This document shows positions 56,574 to 64,000 of a DNA stretch of 64,000 nt, one piece after another. The notes under the pieces are model-generated. The model saw nothing but the letters and a program-made list of their open reading frames with translations, was not told the origin of the DNA and did not search any database. Position 1 is the stretch's first letter, and each line of letters opens with the position of its first letter. A program made the translations under genes and the position numbers. The DNA comes from Planctomycetota bacterium (lineage in GTDB: Bacteria; Planctomycetota; UBA1135; UBA2386). The stretch is taken from assembly GCA_965223545.1 (NCBI GenBank), contig OZ245006.1, positions 3,104,001 to 3,168,000 on the forward strand, written 5' to 3'.

Positions 56574-57629
56574 ATGCCTGCACCAAACTCGCTTTCCAAC
56601 CATTTGATCTGGGCCGCGGCTCTGCTTTGTCCACCGGCAGCCGCCCAACCCGCGATCGAAGTGTTCGTCCTCGCCGGCCAATCCAACATGGAGGGCAAGG
56701 CACAGAACCGACTGCTCGAAGCACAAGCTGCCGCGGAACCGACTGCCGAACTGCTGGCGCCCTACCGCAAAGGCAACGCGTGGGCCATCCGCGACGACGT
56801 GTTCGTGGTGTTCGGCGACCGCGCCGGCAAGCTCACCATCGGCTACGGCTCGCCCGGCCGCACGGGCGTCGAGTTGGCATTCGGCACCGCGCTCGGGGAT
56901 CACTTCGACGCACCGGTGCTGCTGGTGAAGACCGCCTGGGGCGGCCATTCGCTCGCCCGCCAGTTCCGGCCGCCGTCCGCCGGCATGCCGGACGCCGAAC
57001 GGCTGCAGGAAGAGCTGGAACGCGCGATCGAGCGCACCGAGAAGCGCAACCGAGACCGCGACCGCGACGATCCCCTACCCACGCTCGCCGAGATCGCCGG
57101 CGCATACGGCAGCTCGTACCGCGCGATGATCGCCGAAGTACAGCGAGTGCTGGCCGAACCGGAGTCTGTGCATCCCTCCTTGGCCGGCCGAGAGACCTCC
57201 CTGGCCGGCTTCGTCTGGTTCCAAGGTTGGAACGACCAGTACGACAACGCACACGCGAGCTACGACGCCAACCTGCGCCACCTGATCGGCGACGTGCGGC
57301 GAGACCTCGACGCTCCCGGCTTGCCGATCGTGATCGCCGCGATGGGACAGAACGGATCGACGCCAGCCACCGGCACGATGCGCGCCATCCAGCGCGCCCA
57401 GCTCGCCATGAACGACGTACCCGAGTTCAAAGGCACGGTCCGCGCCCTGGCCACCGACGCCCTCGTCGACCACGCCGCCGAGGCACTCTATCCCGAGTGG
57501 AAGCAGCGCCGCGAGGAGTGGGACCGCACCGGCTCCGACCATCCGTACCACTACTACGGCAGCGCGGTGTGGTTCTGTCGGATCGGAAATGCGATGGCCA
57601 CCGCGATGCTCGACCTGATCGAAGAGTAG
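56574..57629 (+). CDS. Sialate O-acetylesterase (SASA) family carbohydrate esterase
   Basis: LAGQSNMEG, KTAWGG, WFQGWND and YHY; signal peptide. Confidence 0.9.
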   Translation: MPAPNSLSNHLIWAAALLCPPAAAQPAIEVFVLAGQSNMEGKAQNRLLEAQAAAEPTAELLAPYRKGNAWAIRDDVFVVFGDRAGKLTIGYGSPGRTGVELAFGTALGDHFDAPVLLVKTAWGGHSLARQFRPPSAGMPDAERLQEELERAIERTEKRNRDRDRDDPLPTLAEIAGAYGSSYRAMIAEVQRVLAEPESVHPSLAGRETSLAGFVWFQGWNDQYDNAHASYDANLRHLIGDVRRDLDAPGLPIVIAAMGQNGSTPATGTMRAIQRAQLAMNDVPEFKGTVRALATDALVDHAAEALYPEWKQRREEWDRTGSDHPYHYYGSAVWFCRIGNAMATAMLDLIEE

Positions 57630-57657
57630 CAGCGCGATGGTCCCGGCCGCTCTAGTA

Positions 57658-59412
57658 CTAGGTCAGCCGCCGCGGAGGCTTGCGCTCGCCGATGAAGCGC
57701 ACCGCTTCGTGCGCCCATCGCGGCGCGGCCTGCTCCTGCGGAGGACTCGCCAGAAAGCGCACGACCGCGAGCACCGGTAGATCTCGATCCCCGGCCTCGG
57801 GCACCGCGGCGCGCGCCTCGAACGCGGCCACGGTGAGCTTGATCGCATGCGCGACGAAGATCGCCCGAGTGCCCGGCGCTGCCAACACGAGCGCGCGCAG
57901 CGCGTGGTCGAGCGGGGTCGCCCCGCCGGCGGTCAGCACCGCGGCGGCGCGCGTCACTGCCGCGGCGGCATCGCGGGCCTCGATCGCGGCGACCACCGCG
58001 TCGGGCGTGGATGCGTCGCCGGGCACCACGGACCAGGGCGCACGCTGGTCGGCGGGCGCGTCCAACGGCCTGCAGCGCTGCACGAAGTGGGCCGCGAAGT
58101 ACAGCGACCGCAAGGCGGTCGGCCGCGGGTCCCGTTGCAGCGCGATGCGCACGGCGTGCGCGTAGGTGAACGCGTGGGTGACGTCGAGCCATCCCTCCTG
58201 CACGGTGGGATCGCGATCGATTTCGACATCGAAGCGCAGCATGCGTTCCGCGGCCGCCGAAACGATGGCGTCGGAGACCGCGACCGGGTCGCCGCCGGCG
58301 CGCAGCGCGCTGGAGATCGCGGCCGCGGCCTCGCGGGCCCGGCCTTCGAGCAGCGCGTGCCGCAGTGCTTCGCGATCCGCCGCCGCCAGCGCTCCGGCTT
58401 GGCTCCGCCACGTCGGCCAGTCGCCGGCGACCGTGTCGATGTGCTCAGCCACGGCGCGCATCGGCGGCAGCGTGTCCTCCCGCGTGCCGGTCACGATCTT
58501 GAACAGGAGGGCCGGTAGCACCGCCGGCGCCCAGCGCCATCCGACCTGCGCGAGCAGGTCGAAGGCCTTTGTCGTGTAGATCATGCTGTGGCCGAAGTCG
58601 AGCAGGTGGTCGCTGCACAGCGCCAAGAACCAAGCCTGCACGTCGACTGCCGGCGCCCCGCCCGCGAGGGCAGTCCGCAGCAGCGCCTCGGCACCGGCGG
58701 CATCCTCGTCCTCGACCCACTGGCGCAGGACGCCCTCGATCGCATCCGCCTTCGCCGCTGGTGCGGCTTCTCGCGGGTCGGGCGTCGGCCGCGGTGCGCG
58801 CCGTGCGTTGGACTCGGTGGCACAGGCCAGACCGTAGACGATGGCCAAGAGCCGCGACTCCACTCCGAGCTCGGGAGCTCCGACCCAGCCCAACAAGTCT
58901 GCACACACTGCCAGGGCATGCCCGCTGCCGTACTCACCGCGCTCCGCGTCGAAGCGCACCGCCGCCAGCAGGAGGTCGCTCGGGTCGACGCCGGCGGTCA
59001 GCAGCCGCATGCCATCCCGCGCCATGCGCGCCTTGTCGTCTTCGATCATGGCGGCGGCCAAGCTCCCCCACGTGCGCTCGACGTCGGCGTCGCCAGCACG
59101 CGCCACCTGCACCTCGATGCGCCCGGCGCGCACGCGCACGTCGTAGCGCTCGACGTCCTCGTCACCTTGCACGCAGCGGCCGGTGCGAAGATCGAACTTG
59201 TAGTTGTGCCACGCACAAGTCAGGACGCAGTCCCGCACCCGCCCCTGCAGCAGCGGATAGCCCTCGTGCGGACACAGGTTGTCGACCGCGTAGAGCTGCG
59301 CATCGTCGACCCGAAACACCGCGATCTGGCGCCCCTCGTGCCGCACCAACTCCGCACTTCCCACCGGCACGTCGGCCTCGGCAGCGACGTCCACCCATCG
59401 AGTCGGTTCCAT
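57658..59412 (-). CDS. Rieske [2Fe-2S] ferredoxin domain fused to His-containing helical repeat domain
   Basis: CPHEG..CAWH Rieske ligands; helical segments GHAL, FGHSMIY, THAFTYAHA and AHAIK. Confidence 0.85.
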   Translation of the reverse strand: MEPTRWVDVAAEADVPVGSAELVRHEGRQIAVFRVDDAQLYAVDNLCPHEGYPLLQGRVRDCVLTCAWHNYKFDLRTGRCVQGDEDVERYDVRVRAGRIEVQVARAGDADVERTWGSLAAAMIEDDKARMARDGMRLLTAGVDPSDLLLAAVRFDAERGEYGSGHALAVCADLLGWVGAPELGVESRLLAIVYGLACATESNARRAPRPTPDPREAAPAAKADAIEGVLRQWVEDEDAAGAEALLRTALAGGAPAVDVQAWFLALCSDHLLDFGHSMIYTTKAFDLLAQVGWRWAPAVLPALLFKIVTGTREDTLPPMRAVAEHIDTVAGDWPTWRSQAGALAAADREALRHALLEGRAREAAAAISSALRAGGDPVAVSDAIVSAAAERMLRFDVEIDRDPTVQEGWLDVTHAFTYAHAVRIALQRDPRPTALRSLYFAAHFVQRCRPLDAPADQRAPWSVVPGDASTPDAVVAAIEARDAAAAVTRAAAVLTAGGATPLDHALRALVLAAPGTRAIFVAHAIKLTVAAFEARAAVPEAGDRDLPVLAVVRFLASPPQEQAAPRWAHEAVRFIGERKPPRRLT

Positions 59413-59439
59413 ATTTAGAAACTCATCACTTTTTCAATC

Positions 59440-59465
59440 ATTACGCAAGACTTTACTTGCATAAT
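59440..59465. promoter_or_regulatory. Imperfect palindrome ATTACGCAAG-N6-CTTGCATAAT; candidate operator
   Basis: 9 of 10 arm positions match; lies in a markedly AT-rich 78-bp divergent intergenic region and overlaps a CATAAT -10-like hexamer. Confidence 0.65.
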
Positions 59466-59490
59466 TATCCGTCGGCGGTAGCCTGCCGAG

Positions 59491-60156
59491 ATGCGCCCCT
59501 CTGCAGGAGCCGACAGCCGGGACAGGATCCTGTTCCACCTCAAGACCAAGGGGCCGCAGAGCGCCTCGCGACTGGCCGAGCGCCTCGACATCTCCGCCGT
59601 GGCCGCCCGCCAGCACCTGCACCGGCTGCGGGACGAGGGGCTGGTGGCGGCGCGCGACGAGCGGCGCGGCGTCGGCCGGCCGACGTCGGTCTGGCACCTG
59701 ACGAGCGCCGCCGACGGGCGCTTTCCCGACAACCACGCCGACCTGACGGTGGAGATCCTCGCGGCGGCGGAGGCGGCGTTCGGCACCGAGGGGGTCCAGC
59801 GGCTGATCACGGCGCGCACGAAAGCCCAGCACGACCGCTACCGGGACGCGCTGCCGGCGACGACCGCGCCGCTGCGCCAGCGCGTCGCGGCCCTCGCCAA
59901 GCTGCGCGATGCCGAGGGCTACATGGCCAGCGCCGTGCGCCAGCGCGACGGCAGCGTCTTGCTGGTCGAGAACCACTGCCCGATCTGCGCCGCGGCCCGC
60001 GCCTGCACCGGTCTGTGTGCCGAAGAGCTCGCGCTGTTCCAGGCGGTGGTCGGCGAGGGCGTGGCGGTCGATCGCGTCGAGCACAAACTCGAGGGGGCGC
60101 GCCGGTGCGCGTATCGTTTCCGCCCCGAACCTCGATCGACCAGCCCGAAGCCGTGA
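59491..60156 (+). CDS. SufR-like (ArsR/DeoR-type HTH) Fe-S/metal-sensing transcriptional regulator
   Basis: HTH LA..L.IS..AARQHL..L, GRP wing, EGYMA and ENHCPIC..C..C..E..RC.Y. Confidence 0.85.
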   Translation: MRPSAGADSRDRILFHLKTKGPQSASRLAERLDISAVAARQHLHRLRDEGLVAARDERRGVGRPTSVWHLTSAADGRFPDNHADLTVEILAAAEAAFGTEGVQRLITARTKAQHDRYRDALPATTAPLRQRVAALAKLRDAEGYMASAVRQRDGSVLLVENHCPICAAARACTGLCAEELALFQAVVGEGVAVDRVEHKLEGARRCAYRFRPEPRSTSPKP

Positions 60157-60569
60157 CCGAAGCTCCTCGCGAATCCGCACCGTCGCCCAGCGGTGATCTG
60201 CTCTTGCGCACGTCGGCGATGCCGGCCGACACCAACTCGAACGGGGACATCTTCGGCGGGTGGATCCTCTCGCAAATGGACATCGCCGGCGGGATCCTCG
60301 CCAAGGAAGCGTGCCGCGGCCGGTGTGTGACCGTGGCGATCGAGGGCATGAAGTTCCTCGCCCCGGTCAAGGTCGGCGATGTGATCTGTTGCTACGGCCG
60401 GCTCACGGCAGTCGGCACGACCTCGATGTCCATCGACCTCGAGGTCTGGGTCAAGCCGATTCTGCGCGAGACCGAGCGCGACCGCGCTCGATTCAAGGTG
60501 ACCGAGGCCCGGTTCGTCTACGTCGCGATCGACGCTGACGGCAACAAGCGCCCCGTCCCCAAGGACTGA
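60153..60569 (+). CDS. yciA: Acyl-CoA thioesterase (hotdog fold, YciA-like)
   Basis: AMPADTNSNGDIFGGWILSQMDIAG, VGTTSM and FVYVAID. GTGA coupling. Confidence 0.9.
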   Translation: MTEAPRESAPSPSGDLLLRTSAMPADTNSNGDIFGGWILSQMDIAGGILAKEACRGRCVTVAIEGMKFLAPVKVGDVICCYGRLTAVGTTSMSIDLEVWVKPILRETERDRARFKVTEARFVYVAIDADGNKRPVPKD

Positions 60570-60574
60570 CCCGA

Positions 60575-62299
60575 ATGCGGACCCGGAACACGCTCCTCGC
60601 CGGCCTCGGCTTGTCGCTCGCCCACGCGCTGCTGCCGGCGCAAGACCCGGTGGCGGCCGATGGGCGCGGCGCACCGCTGCACGACTGGCTGACGCGGATG
60701 GCCGCCTTCGGCATGCACGGCGCCGTGCTCGTCATCGAGGACGATGAGGTCGTCCTGCGCGGTGGCTACGGGATCGCCGATCGGGCAACGGGCCGACCGA
60801 TCACGGCGCGGACCCGGTTCGACATCGGTTCGCTGGCCAAGCAGTTCACCGCGGTCGCGGCGCTGGCACTGGTCGATCGCGGCGAGCTCGGCCTGCACGA
60901 ACCGCTGGCGGACATCCTCGGCGAAGTCCCCGCCGACAAGGCCGAGATCACCCCGCACCAGCTGATGGCGCATCTCTCCGGACTGCCCTATCAGGCGGCC
61001 GGCGCGCTCCTCGACCATCCGCTGGCATTCGACCCGGGAACGGCGCACGCCTACTCCAACGTCGGCTACGCGGTGCTGCGCCGCGTGGTCGAGGAGCGCG
61101 CGGGCGCACCGCTGGAGCAAGTCCTGGCGCCGCTGTTCGCGCGCGCCGGGGTCGAGCAGATCGCGGTCACCGGCCGGCCGCAGCAGTGGGACGATCTCGC
61201 CCACGCCTACCTCGACGGCCGCGATCTCGGCACGCCGGCGACGATCGCGATCGACGACGCCCTGCGCGGTGCCGGCGGGTTCTCCTGCACCATCGATGAG
61301 CTCCATCGCTGGGTCCGCGCCCTGGCGAACGGCGAGCTGATCGATGCCGGATTGGTCGAACGGATGTGGACCGACCACGCGTTTCCCGACGAACCCTACC
61401 GCGGCTACGGCTGCGGCTTCGACGTGCTGACCACGATGCGCGGCTCGCGGGTGATCCGGCATCGAGGTGACTTCTCCGGCTTCAGCGCCGAGCTGCGCTA
61501 CTACCCCGACGAGAACCGGTTCATCGTCTACCTCGGCAACGTGTTCACTCGCGGCCAGTCGATGCGCGAAGCGGTCGTCCAACGGATCGCCCTCTTGTTG
61601 ACCGACGGCGACGTCCCGTGGCCACCGGAAAGCACGGCCGTGGCCCCCGGGGAGGCTGCCGCACTGCAGGGTCGCTACGTGACCGGTGACGGCGTCTCGT
61701 TCTCCGTCGAGCACGACGGCGATGCTCTACTGCTCGCAGCCGACCACGCCGACGGCCTCGCCTTCTTGTTCGGCGGGGGCGGCGACGACGACCGGGCCCT
61801 GGCGGCAACGTGCGCGGAGCGGACCAGCGAGTTGATCACCGCGCTTGGCAACGACGATCGCGCCGCGGCGCGGCCGCTGGTCGATCCGGCCTGGGTGTGG
61901 CCCGGCAGCTACGCGTCCCTGCGGCGCGTGCTGGCCGGATCCGCGCAGCGCGCGGCGGTGGTCGGCACCGCCGTCGACGATGCCGGCCGCGGACAAGCGC
62001 GCACGGTCGTCTCGCTCGGCACCGAGCTCGCGGAGCTGACCTGGAATCGCCGCGGCGTCATCGCCTGCCAACGCCTGGCGGCGTTTCCCGCCAGACGGCT
62101 GCGCCGCACGCGGGACGGGCACTTCGCCGCGTTCGACGTGTTCACTGGCGACCGGCTCGACGTCACCTTCACCGCGGCCACAACGCCCGGCGGGCGGTCG
62201 ACGATGCGCATGCAACACGCCGGCCGCGAGCTCGTCGCCCGCTCCGCCGTCACGCCGGCAGTGGGGTCGCGGTCGGGCGCGCACCGACCCGGTAGCTGA
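60575..62299 (+). CDS. Serine hydrolase, beta-lactamase class C-like
   Basis: SLAK (SxxK), YSN and HRG; signal peptide. Confidence 0.88.
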   Translation: MRTRNTLLAGLGLSLAHALLPAQDPVAADGRGAPLHDWLTRMAAFGMHGAVLVIEDDEVVLRGGYGIADRATGRPITARTRFDIGSLAKQFTAVAALALVDRGELGLHEPLADILGEVPADKAEITPHQLMAHLSGLPYQAAGALLDHPLAFDPGTAHAYSNVGYAVLRRVVEERAGAPLEQVLAPLFARAGVEQIAVTGRPQQWDDLAHAYLDGRDLGTPATIAIDDALRGAGGFSCTIDELHRWVRALANGELIDAGLVERMWTDHAFPDEPYRGYGCGFDVLTTMRGSRVIRHRGDFSGFSAELRYYPDENRFIVYLGNVFTRGQSMREAVVQRIALLLTDGDVPWPPESTAVAPGEAAALQGRYVTGDGVSFSVEHDGDALLLAADHADGLAFLFGGGGDDDRALAATCAERTSELITALGNDDRAAARPLVDPAWVWPGSYASLRRVLAGSAQRAAVVGTAVDDAGRGQARTVVSLGTELAELTWNRRGVIACQRLAAFPARRLRRTRDGHFAAFDVFTGDRLDVTFTAATTPGGRSTMRMQHAGRELVARSAVTPAVGSRSGAHRPGS

Positions 62300-63455
62300 G
62301 CTCGGCCGGGTGAGCGATGCGCCAGTGCACGGCATCGGCCACCTTCCCTGCCGCCAAGGTGCCGTGGCTCGCCGACATGCCGAGCGCCGCGGCGGCGTGC
62401 CGGGTCACCCCGGCCAACGCTTCCTCGGGAGTCAGACGAAACAGCGTACACGCCAAGCTCAAGCTCACGAGGATCGACTCGACCGGTGACGAGCCGGGGT
62501 TGCAGTCGGTGGCGATCGCGATCGGCACACCGGCGCGGCGCAGCTCGTCGATCGGCGGCAGTTTGGTCTCGCGCAGCACGTAGAACGCGCCCGGCAACAG
62601 CACGGCGACGGTGCCCGCAGCAGCCATCGCGGCGACCCCGGCGGCATCGGTCCACTCGAGGTGATCGGCCGACAGCGCGCCGTACTCGGCGGCGAGCGCC
62701 GCGCCGCCGAGGTTGGACAGCTGGTCGGCGTGCAGCTTCACGGGCAACTCCAGCTCCGCGGCCGCGTCGAACACGCGGCGCACTTGGCCAGGGGAGAATG
62801 CGATGCCTTCGCAGTAGGCATCGACGGCATCGACCAGCCCCGCCCGCGCGAGCTCCGGCATCACGGTCCGACAAACGAACTCGATGTAGTCGTCACTGCG
62901 GCCCGCGAACTCGGGCGGCAGGGCGTGCGCACCGAGGTAGGTGGTGCGCACTTGCATGCCGATGCGTTCGCCGAGCGCACGCGCCACCTGCAGCTGCCGC
63001 AGCTCGGTGTCGAGGTCGAGCCCGTAGCCCGATTTGATTTCGACCACCCGCACGCCCTCGGCCCTCATGGTCGCCAGGCGTCGTGCTGCCGCGTCGGCCA
63101 GCTCTTCGGCGGCCGCGGCCCGCGTGGCGCGGACCGTGGACGCGATGCCACCCCCCTGCCGCGCGATCTCCTCGTAGCTGACACCGCCGAGCCGCGCCTC
63201 GAACTCGCGCACGCGATCGCCTCCATACACCACGTGCGTGTGGCAGTCGATCAAGCCGGGGGTCAGCCAGCCACCGCCGAGGTCGTGCACCGCGCGCGCC
63301 AACCGCGCCGGCTCGCCCGGCAGCTCCGACCGGCGGCCGACCCAATCGATGACCCCACCGGTCGCGGCCATCGCCCCGTCCTCGACGGCACCGTACGGCA
63401 CCCCGCCGGGCGACATCGTCGCCAGATCGGCACCGAGCCACAATGCATCCCACAT
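62250..63455 (-). CDS. hutI: Imidazolonepropionase
   Basis: [41 protein letters not shown] and ATDCNPGSS. Confidence 0.95.
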   Translation of the reverse strand: MWDALWLGADLATMSPGGVPYGAVEDGAMAATGGVIDWVGRRSELPGEPARLARAVHDLGGGWLTPGLIDCHTHVVYGGDRVREFEARLGGVSYEEIARQGGGIASTVRATRAAAAEELADAAARRLATMRAEGVRVVEIKSGYGLDLDTELRQLQVARALGERIGMQVRTTYLGAHALPPEFAGRSDDYIEFVCRTVMPELARAGLVDAVDAYCEGIAFSPGQVRRVFDAAAELELPVKLHADQLSNLGGAALAAEYGALSADHLEWTDAAGVAAMAAAGTVAVLLPGAFYVLRETKLPPIDELRRAGVPIAIATDCNPGSSPVESILVSLSLACTLFRLTPEEALAGVTRHAAAALGMSASHGTLAAGKVADAVHWRIAHPAELSYRVGARPTATPLPA

Positions 63456-63501
63456 GAGGCGGAGGGTAGCACGGACCCGGCACTCCGCCGACACTGCGTG
63501 G

Positions 63502-64000
63502 ATGCTCGACGGTGCAAGTCGCTCCTTCGCCACCTTGCTCGTGCTCGCCGCCGGCGCTGACCCGGCGGCCGGGCAAGGCGTGCTCGACGTGCTCGACGGG
63601 GAGACCCTGTACGACGGGGGCTCGCTCGTGTCCTTGGGTTTCGAGCTCGACCGCGGCGAGGTGCTGCGCCGTGGAACACGGCGCGCCCCGGACCCGCTGG
63701 CCCGCCAGCAGACCGCGATGCGGACCACCCTGGCGTATCAGTACGGCGCGCGCCACGATCTGCAGCTCGGCGTCGCCCTGAGCGTCGTCGACCTCGAGCG
63801 CCGCGGCGCCGGACTGCGGCAAAGTGCCGACGGCCTCGGTGACGTCGAGCTGCTGACGAAGTGGCGGTTCTACCGTTGGGACGCGCACGCGGTGGCGCTG
63901 AACGTCGCGCTCGTGGCCCAGGTCTCGGTGCCCACCGGAAAGGACGACGTCCGCGACTCCACCGGCACGCGGCTCGAGCCGGAGCTGCAGCCCGGCTCGG
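63502..64000 (+). CDS. Partial outer-membrane beta-barrel (MetA-pathway/'transporter'-like); absent from the ORF track because it has no stop in the window
   Basis: Open frame [45 protein letters not shown]. Confidence 0.7.
   Translation, partial: MLDGASRSFATLLVLAAGADPAAGQGVLDVLDGETLYDGGSLVSLGFELDRGEVLRRGTRRAPDPLARQQTAMRTTLAYQYGARHDLQLGVALSVVDLERRGAGLRQSADGLGDVELLTKWRFYRWDAHAVALNVALVAQVSVPTGKDDVRDSTGTRLEPELQPGS

Noticed and set aside
60575..62299. Antibiotic-resistance beta-lactamase
   Set aside because: Only the generic SxxK/YxN/HxG serine-hydrolase motifs are present, plus a long C-terminal extension; there is no evidence for resistance.
1..64000. CRISPR arrays, tRNA/rRNA, transposases, integrases, phage or defence genes
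   Set aside because: None seen by eye; intergenic gaps are short (about 200 bp or less) and show no spaced repeats. A covariance-model search was not possible, so small ncRNAs cannot be excluded.

Overview
This is a gene-dense, very GC-rich bacterial window, most likely Planctomycetota (a DUF1549/DUF1553 + DUF1501 gene pair, an ECF sigma factor fused to extracytoplasmic domains, many secreted beta-propeller and heme proteins). About 46 protein-coding genes can be supported; I saw no rRNA, tRNA, CRISPR array or mobile element. Family assignments come from recognising motifs by eye, not from database searches. Content from left to right: a divergent FIST/hybrid histidine-kinase signalling locus; msrA; a redox cluster (pentaheme-HEAT protein, metal-binding/DJ-1/PQQ-propeller fusion, AhpC/TSA-like redoxin); an LVIVD + YncE propeller operon; a sulfatase; a glycoconjugate tailoring cluster (glycosyltransferases, radical SAM, CapK-like ligase, acyltransferase, sulfotransferase, FAD oxidoreductase); nhaD; an ECF fusion; a porin / cytochrome c'-cupredoxin / histidine-kinase operon divergent from mddA; a giant PQQ-sugar-dehydrogenase-cytochrome protein; a SufR-like regulator divergent from a Rieske protein; and hutI. 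The three best leads are: (1) a hidden selenoprotein, split into two ORFs in the track, with an in-frame UGA forming a UxxC motif and a SECIS-like hairpin just downstream; (2) a three-gene porin + heme-c/type-1-Cu fusion + sensor kinase module; (3) a SufR-like regulator/Rieske pair sharing an AT-rich intergenic region with a CAAG-N6-CTTG palindrome.
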